Source of the DNA: Planctomycetota bacterium
GTDB taxonomy: Bacteria; Planctomycetota; UBA1135; UBA2386
NCBI GenBank assembly: GCA_046290465.1
Contig: JBKAGP010000001.1
Location: 4,928,001-4,992,000 of the forward strand
DNA length: 64,000 bases
Reading direction: 5' to 3'
Shown here: positions 1 through 12,347 of the stretch, one piece after another
How the letters are laid out: the number at the start of each line of letters is the position of its first letter
Position numbering within the stretch: the first letter of the stretch is position 1
The notes under the pieces: generated by a model
What the model saw: the letters and a program-made list of their open reading frames with translations, nothing else
Told to the model about the DNA's origin: nothing
The model's database searches: none
Made by a program: the position numbers and the translations under genes

Positions 1-1
1 G

Positions 2-1072
2 GCGGCCGGGGCGCCCGGTGAGGAGGTGCGCACGACGCTGCTGCGGGTCTCGCCAGGCGACCACGACCTCGGTCGGCTGGCGGCGCTCTACGGCATTCGC
101 GACCGCGTCGTCGGCGGCGAGATGTCGCCGGAGCAGGGCCTGGTCGAGGTGCGCGCGGTGCTGGCCGCGGCGGACACGCGGGTCTGGCCGGACATCGTCG
201 GACAGACGCTGGTGGGAGGCGGCGCGGCCACCCTGCTCGGCGGCGGTCCGAGCGAGGTCGCGTGCGCCTCGGCCGCCGGCCTGCTGGCGGCGCTGATCGG
301 TTGGCTGGCACGGCGTCGGCCGAGCCTCGGCGACGTGCAGGCGGCGCTGACCTGTGCCGCGGTCGCGTTCTTCGTGCGCAGCGTTGCGTCGCTGTGGCAG
401 CCGCTGAGCGTGCCGGTCACGACGCTGAGCGCGATCATCGTGCTGTTGCCGGGGCTGTCGTTCACGACGGCGCTGGCCGAACTGGCGATGCGGCACCTCG
501 CTGCCGGCAGCGCCCGGCTGATGGGGGCGCTGGCGGTGTTCGTCACGATGGCGATCGGCGTCGGCATCGGCGATCGCCTGGCGGTGGGCCTGTTCGGTGG
601 CGTCGACGTCGATGCCCCGGCGCCGCTCGGTCCGCTGGCGCTCGCCGCCGCCTTGATCGCCAACTGGATCGCGTTCGTGCTGCTGCTGCGCGGCACGCCG
701 CGGCAGTCGCCGTGGGTGCTGATGGCGGTCGTGGCCGGGTTCTTCGGCGCGCGGCTGGGCGGCGCGGTGCTCGAGGACGAACTCGGTGCGGTCGTCGGCG
801 CGATGGCGGTCGCGCTGCTCGGCAACCTCTACTCACGCTGGCTGCGCCAGCCCGCGGCGATCGTGCGAACGCCCGGTCTGCTGCTGCTGGTGCCGGGCAG
901 CCTCGGCTTCTCCGGACTGACCACGGCGATCTCCGGCGACTTCACGTCGAGCGCGCCGTTCGTGTTCCGCATGCTGCTGGTCGGCGGCTCGATCGTCGCG
1001 GGCCTGCTGTTCGCGGGTGTGCTGCTGCCGCCGCCGCTCGAGGTCGAGCCGGGCAGCCGCCGCGAGCCCTAA
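2..1072 (+). CDS. Threonine/serine exporter family (ThrE-like) membrane protein, 5' end lies outside the window
   Basis: About 10 hydrophobic helices with ThrE-type motifs (DLGRL, IIVLLPGLSFT, PGLLLLVPGSLG). The frame stays open to the window edge. Confidence 0.85.
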   Translation, partial: AAGAPGEEVRTTLLRVSPGDHDLGRLAALYGIRDRVVGGEMSPEQGLVEVRAVLAAADTRVWPDIVGQTLVGGGAATLLGGGPSEVACASAAGLLAALIGWLARRRPSLGDVQAALTCAAVAFFVRSVASLWQPLSVPVTTLSAIIVLLPGLSFTTALAELAMRHLAAGSARLMGALAVFVTMAIGVGIGDRLAVGLFGGVDVDAPAPLGPLALAAALIANWIAFVLLLRGTPRQSPWVLMAVVAGFFGARLGGAVLEDELGAVVGAMAVALLGNLYSRWLRQPAAIVRTPGLLLLVPGSLGFSGLTTAISGDFTSSAPFVFRMLLVGGSIVAGLLFAGVLLPPPLEVEPGSRREP

Positions 1073-1105
1073 TCGCCGCGAGCCCTGATCGCCGCGAGCC
1101 CTGAC
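1058..1105 (+). repeat. 16-bp tandem repeat x3 (CGCCGCGAGCCCTRAY) containing the ThrE stop codon
   Basis: cgccgcgagccctaat / cgccgcgagccctgat / cgccgcgagccctgac, read directly. Confidence 0.9.
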
Positions 1106-1152
1106 CGGACCGAACGGGTCGGTACGGCGCTTGCACTCGGGCGGCCCGTCCC

Positions 1153-3069
1153 ATGATTCTGTCCCCTCGCAGCGTCACCCTGTTCGCGCTGCTGTGCGCG
1201 CCCGTCGTGGCGCAGCAGCGCATCGAGCATTCGACCGACGTCTATCCCGGCGGCGACACCTACCCGGACTGGATCGTCTCGCGGGTGGTGGACGACCTGA
1301 CCGGCGCGCCGATCGCCGGCGCCGACGTCTACCTCGTCAAGGAGGCCGAGACGCCGATCGCCGGCGAGTTCTGGTACACGCGCAAGGTGCAGACCGACCG
1401 CGACGGCTGGCTGCGCGCGCCGGTCGGCGACATCGACGGCGAGTGGCACATGCAGGTGCTGCGGCATCCGCGCTACGGCGTCGCGGCGCGGCACGGCCGG
1501 GGTGATGCGATCTGGCGGGTCGGGCGGCCGTTCGACGTGCCGGTGCGCATCGTCGACTGGCGTGGCGCGCCGGTCGCGGGCGCCCGCATCGGGTTCTGCG
1601 GCGGCTGCGGCCACACGCCCGACCTCGCCAACGCGACCACCGCGGCCGACGGGGTCGCGGTGTTGCGGCAGATCGACCCGCACAGCGACATCGGCGACGT
1701 CTACGTGCAGCACGCCGGCCTCGGCCTCGGCTACGACAGCGTGCGATGGAACCCCGGCGAGGGCCCGGAGGTGGTGCGGTGCCGCTGGGCGCCGGCGATG
1801 ACCGGCACGGTCGTCGACCACCTCGGCCAGCCGATCGGCGGCGCGTTCGTCGCGGCGCTGGACGTGCATCGCGGGCCGTGGGCGCGCACCGCCGCGGACG
1901 GCACGTTCACGTTGCTCGGGGGGCCGCCGGAGCTCGGGCCGAGCCACGTGCGGTTCGCCAACGGCCGACAGGTGTGGTTCGACGAGGCGACGCGGTTCCC
2001 GGTGACGCTGCGCGTGCCCGACCCGAACGGCGGCGAGCCGACCCAGGGCGTGATGGTGCAGCCGGACGGTGCTGCGTCCGCGCCGGCGACGCGCAAGCTG
2101 CGCCTCCGGCTGACCGGCGACGATTCGCTGCTCGCCACCGCCGTCTGGCCGGGCGCACCGAAGCGGCGGTCGAGCGACGACGAGGTGCTGGAGGTGCCGG
2201 CGACCGGCCCGTTCGTGATCTCGGTGTACGCCACCGAAGGGGCGCGCGGGCGACCGTTCCGGCGCGACCACTTCTTCGCCGACGCGTCGCAGCTGCCGCC
2301 GGAGCCGGTGGAGCTGGCCTGGTTCGCGCCGCTCGAAGTGGTCGGTCGGGTCGTCGATGCGCGCGGCCTGCCGGTCGCGTCGCGGGTGTTCGTGCGCGAG
2401 AACTGGAGCGTCAGCGAACTGCGGGAGGCCGAGCCGGGCCATGCCCAGCCCGGGTTCCGGATCGCGACGCACGTGAGCGGTCGCACGCTGCTCGAGGTCG
2501 TGCCGGCCGACCGCGCGCTGCGGCCGCGGCTGATGTGGATCGTGCTGCCCGAGCGCGGCACCGCGCCGCGCCTCGACCTCGGCGACGTCGTGGTGCGCGA
2601 ACGTGCCCAGCTGCGCGTGCTCGCGGCCGACGGCCGGGCGCTCGCCGGTCGCGAGGTATCGTGGGCCCGCGCCGGTTGCCAGGAGGTCGCGCACATGCGG
2701 GCGTTCGCCCTCGACGAGGACGGCGGCTGGCTCGGCCCGGACCTGCTGGCCGGCGATGCGCTGGTGGTGCGCGCGTCGGACGACGCGGTGCCGTTCCGCA
2801 CGGTGCTCGCAGGCGTTGGGCCGTGGACGATCACCGCGCCGGACGGGCGGCTCGAACTCGACGTCGTCGACGACCAGGGCGCGCCGTGCAAGGTGACCTG
2901 CGTCGTCGGCGACCACGACCGGCTGGTGCGGCCGGGCAAGCCGCTGCTCGGCCTGCCGCGCGGTCGTTCGACGCTCTACCTCAGCGCCGAGGGGTTTCGG
3001 ACCGCGATCGTGGACGCGGTGGTCGGCGACGCGACCGTGCGGGTGCGCGTCGCGCTGCAGAAGCGCTGA
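1153..3069 (+). CDS. Secreted protein with repeated carboxypeptidase-regulatory-like (transthyretin-like) beta domains
   Basis: Signal peptide (…APVVAQQ). Repeated 'G(R/T)VVD..G.P(I/V)AGA' motifs. Contains a CGGCGH motif. Confidence 0.7.
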   Translation: MILSPRSVTLFALLCAPVVAQQRIEHSTDVYPGGDTYPDWIVSRVVDDLTGAPIAGADVYLVKEAETPIAGEFWYTRKVQTDRDGWLRAPVGDIDGEWHMQVLRHPRYGVAARHGRGDAIWRVGRPFDVPVRIVDWRGAPVAGARIGFCGGCGHTPDLANATTAADGVAVLRQIDPHSDIGDVYVQHAGLGLGYDSVRWNPGEGPEVVRCRWAPAMTGTVVDHLGQPIGGAFVAALDVHRGPWARTAADGTFTLLGGPPELGPSHVRFANGRQVWFDEATRFPVTLRVPDPNGGEPTQGVMVQPDGAASAPATRKLRLRLTGDDSLLATAVWPGAPKRRSSDDEVLEVPATGPFVISVYATEGARGRPFRRDHFFADASQLPPEPVELAWFAPLEVVGRVVDARGLPVASRVFVRENWSVSELREAEPGHAQPGFRIATHVSGRTLLEVVPADRALRPRLMWIVLPERGTAPRLDLGDVVVRERAQLRVLAADGRALAGREVSWARAGCQEVAHMRAFALDEDGGWLGPDLLAGDALVVRASDDAVPFRTVLAGVGPWTITAPDGRLELDVVDDQGAPCKVTCVVGDHDRLVRPGKPLLGLPRGRSTLYLSAEGFRTAIVDAVVGDATVRVRVALQKR

Positions 3070-6824
<3,755 letters not shown>

Positions 6825-6828
<4 letters not shown>

Positions 6829-7829
6829 GTGTGGGTTCCAGCCTTCCGGTCGGCGGAGGCGATGAAGGTCGTCGGCAGGTCGCGGTCCTCGGACGCGGCC
6901 TCGTGCAGCTCGACCTCGACGTTGCAGAGTCCGGCTTCGTGCAGCCACTCGCGGATGCGCGTGGTCGCGAAGCCCTGCCAGATCACGCCGAGGTCCTTCT
7001 GCAGCCACTCACGGTCGGGCTGCGGTCGGTCCTCGGGCGCGGTGAAGTCGACGAGCACCACGCGGCCGCCGGGGCGGACGACGCGGGCCAGTTCGCGGAT
7101 CGCGTCGCGCGGCGACGGCACGTAGTGCAGCACCATGTGCGCCAGCACGGCGTCGACCTCGCCGTCCGCGAGCGGCAGGTCGGTGGCGGTGCCCTGCCGC
7201 AGTTCGACGCGGCCCGGGTCCGGCAGCGTCGTGCGCTTGGCCTCGGCCGCCGCCAGCATCGCTTCGGACTGGTCGACGGCGACGATGTGCATGCCCAGCC
7301 GGGCCATCTCCATTGCGAGCACGCCGGTGCCGGTCCCGACGTCGGCGATCTTCAGGCCGCGCGGCACCAGCCGCCCGATCGCGCGGGCGCGCTGCAGGTC
7401 GTCTTGGAACACCTTGCGCAGCCGGTCCCACTCGGCGCCGAGCGAGTCGAAGAACTCGCGGCTGCCGAGCGTGCGCGCGCGCAGCAGCGCGTCGAGCGCC
7501 TCGGCATCGGCGGCGATCTGCGGGTCGTCGCGCAGCGACTCGCGCGCCAGCGACCACGCGCTGCACCACGCACCTTCGCCGGGCGGTTTGAAGCGCGAGT
7601 AGCAGAACGCGCCGTCGCGCCGTTCGGCGAGCAGTCCCTGATCCTTGAGGTGGGCGAGGTGCCGCGAGACCGTCGACTGCGGCAGGTCGAGCACCTTGAC
7701 GACGTCGGCGACGGACAGCTCCTGTCGCTCGAGCAGGGCGAGCAGCCGCAGGCGCGTGCTGTCGCCGAGGGTCTTCACGACCCGCTGGAAGGCGTCGACG
7801 GTCATCGGGAGGTCGGTGAGTGTATCCAT
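6825..7829 (-). CDS. ArsR-family regulator fused to class I SAM-binding domain (SahR-like)
   Basis: ArsR HTH ([10 protein letters not shown]…[11 protein letters not shown]) plus SAM motif ADVGTGTG. Translationally coupled to metH. Confidence 0.88.
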
Positions 7830-7847
7830 TCATCCGGATATGTGAAT
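7828..7847. promoter_or_regulatory. Candidate operator of the SahR-like regulator, ATTCA-N10-TGAAT
   Basis: AT-rich 20-bp dyad attcatccggatatgtgaat overlapping the regulator's start codon. Confidence 0.55.
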
Positions 7848-7961
7848 ACCCGTCCTGGGATCGGCTGCTGGCCCTTGGGATCTCGGGGAAGGAAGCTCGG
7901 CCGGCAAGATCGCCCGGGTCCGGCGGGGCGCAGGCCCGTTCCGCCGAGCGGAGCCGGGAGC

Positions 7962-8858
7962 TCAGTCGCCCAGTACCTCGTTCCCGTCGCGCTGCAGCAG
8001 CGTCTTCAGCAGCGGGGGTTCGAACCGACGCGGCACCGTGATCGCGTAGAAGGTCTCGAACAGGTCTGGTAACACACAGTACTGCTGGAGTTTACGTTCG
8101 CGGAGCTCGTCGCGCACGACGACCGTCGGGACCACCGCCAGCGCGTCGGTGTCGCGGGCGAGCAGGCGCAGCAGCGCCATGTCGTCGACCTCGGCCTGCA
8201 GCTGGTAGCGAACCCCCAGACGGCTGCAGAGCACGTCGAAGCTGGGGCGGATGTCGCTGGCGTGGCTGGGCAGCACCAGCGGCCGGCCGGCGAGGTCCTC
8301 GGGAAACCGGAACTTCCTTCGCCCCCGTCGCGGCTTGCCGACCAGGCTGACCGGCTGGCGCGCGATCCGTCGACAGCGCCACGGGTCGTCGGCCGTCGCC
8401 TGCACGCGCTGGTTGGAGAGCACCAGGTCGAGGCTGTGCACGCGCAGGCCCTGCAGCAGTTCGCGCAGGCTTCCCGACTGCAGCGACAATTGCACGTCGT
8501 CGCGCGGCAGCAGGGGGCGCAGCAGGTTCTCCTGGAAGTTGCGCGACAGCGTCGCGACGGCGCCGACGCGCAGGGTCTGGCGTTCGGGGTGCTGTTGGTC
8601 GCGGAGCACCGACAGCAGTTCGTCGCCGGTCGAGAAGATCGTCTCGGCGTAGCCGAGCGCCACCTGGCCGGCCTCGGTCAGCGTCATCGCGCGGCCGGCC
8701 CGCACGAACAGCGGTTGGCCGATCTGCGTCTCGAGCTTCTGGATCTGGGTCGAGAGTGCGCTCTGCGACACGTGCAGCCGGGTCGCCGCGCGCGTCAGGT
8801 TGCCCTCCTTCGCGACCGCCCAGAAGTAGTGGAGGTGGTGGTAGTTCAGGTTCGCCAC
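7962..8858 (-). CDS. LysR-family regulator, NhaR-like
   Basis: LNYHHLHYFWAVAKEGNLTRAA N-terminus typical of the NhaR subfamily. GTG start at 8858. Confidence 0.9.
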   Translation of the reverse strand: MANLNYHHLHYFWAVAKEGNLTRAATRLHVSQSALSTQIQKLETQIGQPLFVRAGRAMTLTEAGQVALGYAETIFSTGDELLSVLRDQQHPERQTLRVGAVATLSRNFQENLLRPLLPRDDVQLSLQSGSLRELLQGLRVHSLDLVLSNQRVQATADDPWRCRRIARQPVSLVGKPRRGRRKFRFPEDLAGRPLVLPSHASDIRPSFDVLCSRLGVRYQLQAEVDDMALLRLLARDTDALAVVPTVVVRDELRERKLQQYCVLPDLFETFYAITVPRRFEPPLLKTLLQRDGNEVLGD

Positions 8859-8892
8859 GGGTTCGCCTGGGTCGTCTTCGCCTGGGTTGTCG

Positions 8893-8915
8893 ATCGTTCT
8901 CTCAAACAGAACGAT
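8893..8915. promoter_or_regulatory. LysR recognition site ATCGTTCT-N7-AGAACGAT
   Basis: Perfect 8-7-8 inverted repeat containing T-N11-A, about 35 bp upstream of the LysR start in a divergent region. Confidence 0.75.
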
Positions 8916-9056
8916 ACGCGGCGAACTTGGAATTGGATAGATGGATCGCCAGCGCCGAGAACAGCCGCCGTGCAACAGGCTCGCCAACGTCGTCGACCGC
9001 CGGCTCGAGCGCCGCTCCACGGTCGCTCGCCGCTGGCGTCGCCACCGGCCCAATCC

Positions 9057-9656
9057 ATGACTCTCGACATGAACCGATCCCCTGACCTCACTCCGGCCAC
9101 GGCAACGCTCGTCGGCGACGCTCCGATCGACCTCCCCACCGACGCGGTGCGCCCCCGGCGCGAACACGCCGTGCTCGCGATCGTGCACGACACCGACCGC
9201 GTCGCCGAGATCTGCGAGCAGATCTCGGCCTACTTCGCATTCCAGTGCGAGGCCAACCCGCGCGGCTTCGACAGCCAGCTGGCCGCGGTCTGGATCGCGG
9301 ACGGGCCCGAACCGGAGCCGTCGGTGGCGGCCCGGTTCGCCCAAGGGGCGGAGCAGGTGCCGTGCCCGCTGGTCGAGGTTGCCGGCGTCTGGTCCCTGAT
9401 ACCGATCACCAGCCGCGAGCCATCCGGCGCGGGCTGGTCGCACGCAGGGTTGCTGCGCACGATCACCCAGCGGGCCTCGGGCGTCGGCGCGTCTGGCCGG
9501 TTGCTGCCGGTGTTCCGCGCGGGTTGCGAACGGGCAGACGTCGCCAACCGGCTGGCGGTCCTGCGACGCGAGTTCGGTGCCGAGATCCTCGGCGAGCCGA
9601 TGCAGCAGGACCGAGCGACGGGAGCGATCTCGGGGCTGTCGCTGTCGGGGCTCTAA
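9057..9656 (+). CDS. Hypothetical protein divergent from NhaR-like LysR
   Basis: 199-aa ORF with genome-like codon use and no recognised motif. Start may be 9069. Confidence 0.65.
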   Translation: MTLDMNRSPDLTPATATLVGDAPIDLPTDAVRPRREHAVLAIVHDTDRVAEICEQISAYFAFQCEANPRGFDSQLAAVWIADGPEPEPSVAARFAQGAEQVPCPLVEVAGVWSLIPITSREPSGAGWSHAGLLRTITQRASGVGASGRLLPVFRAGCERADVANRLAVLRREFGAEILGEPMQQDRATGAISGLSLSGL

Positions 9657-9858
9657 ACGCGGCGCACGGATTCTTGCATCGTCCGCGCCCGCTCCGGATG
9701 CGTGGAGTTGGGCGGTGGCAGCGGCGAGGCGGCCCAGGTGTCCCCGTGTGCGCGCTGGCGGGACAACTGCATGTGCACGCGGAGCACCTCCTGCGCCCGT
9801 CGATCCCTTGCTTCAGATCCCATCCCTGCATGAAGGACTTCATCGGGCGGCATGCGCG

Positions 9859-10077
9859 CTATCGCTTCTCGAGCTCCGCGATCCTCTGCTCGAGCCTTCG
9901 CACCGTGCTCTCGAGCCGATCGACGTCGCCCTGCGCCCGGCGCGCTGCGTCCCGCGCTTCGCGGGCCTTGCTGCGAGCCTGGTTGCCGGCTCCGAGTGCG
10001 AGGATCAGCGCGATGACGGCGATGGCGAGTGTGCCGCAGCCGCCGCTTCGTGAGGGAGGTGGGGGCGCGTCGGTCAT
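9859..10077 (-). CDS. Small single-TM protein with C-terminal coiled coil
   Basis: TM LAIAVIALILAL followed by a heptad-rich tail (VDRLESTVRRLEQRIAELE). Confidence 0.65.
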   Translation of the reverse strand: MTDAPPPPSRSGGCGTLAIAVIALILALGAGNQARSKAREARDAARRAQGDVDRLESTVRRLEQRIAELEKR

Positions 10078-10120
10078 CGACACAGCCTAGTTCGGCGCGG
10101 CGGGAAGCGGAACGCCCCGG

Positions 10121-10336
10121 TCAGTCCCGCTCGAGCTGGATCACCTCCACCGGGCAGTCGTCCGCAGCCTGCTCGATGTCCTCGGCCTGGCCCGAGAAGA
10201 ACTTCGCGGCCTCGGGGCGCACGATGCAGTCCTCGTCGTCCTCGACGAGGAACACATCGGGTGCGATGTCCTGGCAGAGCTTGCAGGAGATGCAGCCCTC
10301 TTCGATCCAGACCTTCTTGATGGGGGTGTCGCTCAC
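10121..10336 (-). CDS. Single-cluster [3Fe-4S]/[4Fe-4S] ferredoxin
   Basis: CISCKLC…APDVF…CPVEVI. Confidence 0.92.
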   Translation of the reverse strand: MSDTPIKKVWIEEGCISCKLCQDIAPDVFLVEDDEDCIVRPEAAKFFSGQAEDIEQAADDCPVEVIQLERD

Positions 10337-10537
10337 GGGTGTCGCGGATTTCGGCCGAGCATCGTGGGGTGCCTTCGCCGGTCGGGCAAGCCTGGATCAA
10401 CGGCCGCCGCCCGAAATCGCGCGGATCGCCCGCGGTGTGGGTTCGCGAATTGTCAGAGGCCGACCAGCAGCCTGTCTCCGGCGGGCAGCGCGAAGCGCAG
10501 CTGCCCATGGGGCCCCGTTCTGGAGGCGCGTTGGCGC

Positions 10538-11353
10538 TCAGCCGAGGTCGAACAGCAGCGCCTCGACCTTCTCGCTGGCGGCCAGCGTCATCGTGCCGGC
10601 GTCCTCGGTGCTGGCGCCGTCGCCGGGCTCGAGGGTCTGGCCGTCGATGTCGAGGCGGCCGCGGATCAGCTGCACCCAGGTGCCGCGGCCGGGCGCGACC
10701 TCGTGCCGGATCTCGTCACCGGGCTCCAGCAGCAGCCGGCGCACGATCGCGTCCTGGTGGATCACGGCGCTGTCGTCGCGGCCGTCGGGCGAGATCACTA
10801 CCACGTCCTTGCCGTTCTCGTTCGCGGGCGTCGGCTTCCACTCGGTGTAGCTCGGCGTCAGCCCCATCTCGGCCGGTTCGATCCAGATCTGCAGCAGGTG
10901 CAGCGGCACGTCGTCGTTGGGGTTGAACTCGCTGTGCGTGACGCCGGTGCCGGCGCTCATCAGCTGGATCTCGCCCGGCTTCAGCTCGCGGCCGTTGCCC
11001 ATGCTGTCCTTGTGGGCGATCGCGCCTTCGACGATGTAGCTGAAGATCTCCATGTCGCGGTGCGGGTGGGTCGAGAACCCCTTACCGGGATGCACGCGGT
11101 CCTGGTTGATCACGCGCAGCGACCGGAAGCCCATGTGGTTCGGGTCGTAGTAGTTGGCGAAGCTGAACGTGTGGTAGGTGTCGAGCCAGCCGTGGTCGGC
11201 GTGGCCCCGCTCGGCCGAGCGGCGGATCGTCAGGGTCATCGGTCGGTCTCCAGGTGGGAGGGAAGCGGGGGATGAGGCGGTCTGCCCCTCGGGGCGCACG
11301 CAGGCGGCGCCGAGGCTCAGAATGCCTCCCGCGAGGAACGTTCGTCGTTTCAT
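10538..11353 (-). CDS. Pirin-family protein (YhhW/YhaK-like) with possible Tat-lipoprotein extension; alternative start 11239
   Basis: RGHADHGWL, HTFSFA, GFSTHPHRDMEI, HKDSMG, HSE. Upstream in-frame MKRRTFL…GAAC. Confidence 0.9.
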   Translation of the reverse strand: MKRRTFLAGGILSLGAACVRPEGQTASSPASLPPGDRPMTLTIRRSAERGHADHGWLDTYHTFSFANYYDPNHMGFRSLRVINQDRVHPGKGFSTHPHRDMEIFSYIVEGAIAHKDSMGNGRELKPGEIQLMSAGTGVTHSEFNPNDDVPLHLLQIWIEPAEMGLTPSYTEWKPTPANENGKDVVVISPDGRDDSAVIHQDAIVRRLLLEPGDEIRHEVAPGRGTWVQLIRGRLDIDGQTLEPGDGASTEDAGTMTLAASEKVEALLFDLG

Positions 11354-11392
11354 GACGACAGGATCGTCCCGCGCGGCCGTTTCGACCAATGC

Positions 11393-11432
11393 CGACCGCT
11401 TCTCAAGGTCATGCCTCCAGGTTATGAAGTGC
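11393..11432 (+). repeat. 40-bp direct repeat copy 1 (contains TCAT-N11-ATGA LysR-type box)
   Basis: cgaccgcttctcaaggtcatgcctccaggttatgaagtgc; 38/40 identical to 12306-12345. Confidence 0.9.
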
Positions 11433-11990
11433 GCCCCGGATCGTTGGAGCCCGGATCGTTGGAGCCCGGATCGTTGGAGCCCTGATCGTTGGAGGTCGAA
11501 GAGCGGCGGACTGGTCCGTCTTCGGCGCGGCGTCGCTCCAACTCGGCGACGTCGAGAAGGTCCTTGTCGCGACCGGTCGACCGTTTGTAGCGCAGCAGGT
11601 CGTCGAGACCGAGGAAGCAGATCTCTCGCCCTTCCCATTCGACGACGACGCGATTGGGCCAGGCATCGTCGAATGCCAAGCCGCTGACGCCTGTCAGAAG
11701 GTCGATTCGACGGGGCGGGATGCCGATCTGCACGACGACGTCTGGGCGCTCGAAGTCCTGTTGCGTCACGCCGAGCGCGGCGGTTGGCGCGCCAAAGGAC
11801 GCCAGGGCGGCCATCACGCATGTTGCGTTGTCGTGCGTTGGGCGGACCCAGAGGTCATGTCGCCCGTGGTCCTGGCGTGGCCATGGAGGGATACCGCATA
11901 GGCGCCGACGATCAGGAACGCAGCGTTGGCGTCGTGCAAGGCGGCAACCATGTCGCGGAAGTCCGCGTTGAGGGCTTGGATGCCCGTCAT
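11422..11990 (-). pseudogene. DUF6036-like nucleotidyltransferase with a 1-nt frameshift near 11857
   Basis: N-part LNADFRDMVAAL…FLIVGAYAVSLHGHARTTGD continues in another frame as DLWVRPTHDNA…FGAP…RIDLLTGVSG…KRSTGRDKDLLDV. DNA reads GAC AT GAC, one base short. Confidence 0.8.
11435..11494 (+). repeat. 15-bp tandem repeat x4 (CCCGGATCGTTGGAG)
   Basis: Read directly. Encodes SND(Q/P)G x4 at the nucleotidyltransferase C-terminus. Confidence 0.92.
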
Positions 11991-12229
11991 GGCGATTCGC
12001 TGCCCCTGAGGATTCTGACGGGTGCCTCGGCGCGTTCGTAGTCGGGGATCGGGCGGCCGGCGATGGCCCACGACTGCACCACGAGTTCCCACATCATGGC
12101 CAGGCGCAGCTCCGGCGTCGTGGCGTCTGCAGCTGACGGTTCCTGCTCGCCAACCCTGCCACGAGCGACACGGACTGGCCAGTTGGCTCGCTGCTGGGCG
12201 CGGGTCTGTCGATCCGTCATCCGCATCAT
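11987..12229 (-). CDS. Small partner protein upstream of nucleotidyltransferase (putative TA-like pair)
   Basis: TTPELRLAMMWEL…AGRPIPDYER. ATGA overlap with the nucleotidyltransferase start. TACGAT -10-like hexamer just upstream. Confidence 0.7.
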   Translation of the reverse strand: MMRMTDRQTRAQQRANWPVRVARGRVGEQEPSAADATTPELRLAMMWELVVQSWAIAGRPIPDYERAEAPVRILRGSESP

Positions 12230-12305
12230 CTTAATCGTAGGGGTGGTGCGGTGCTATCGGGTCGGTTGATGGTGAGGTTGCATGAGTCCGTGCGTCATGG
12301 TGTTA

Positions 12306-12345
12306 CGACCGCTTCTCAAGGTCATGCCTTCAGGTTATGAGGTGC
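12306..12345 (+). repeat. 40-bp direct repeat copy 2
   Basis: cgaccgcttctcaaggtcatgccttcaggttatgaggtgc. Confidence 0.9.
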
Positions 12346-12347
12346 TC

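Noticed and set aside
1596..1615. c-type haem attachment site
   Set aside because: Motif is CxxCxH, not CxxCH.
7830..7961. Cobalamin or SAM riboswitch upstream of the regulator-metH operon
   Set aside because: No recognisable B12-box or SAM-I core, and the region is short. A protein operator explains regulation better.
9657..9858. Small ORFs in this intergenic gap
   Set aside because: No RBS, motif or coding bias in any frame.
11435..11494. Possible CRISPR array (also considered 1058-1105 and 60935-60982)
   Set aside because: Units of 15-16 bp are directly adjacent with no spacers, and there are no cas genes in the window.
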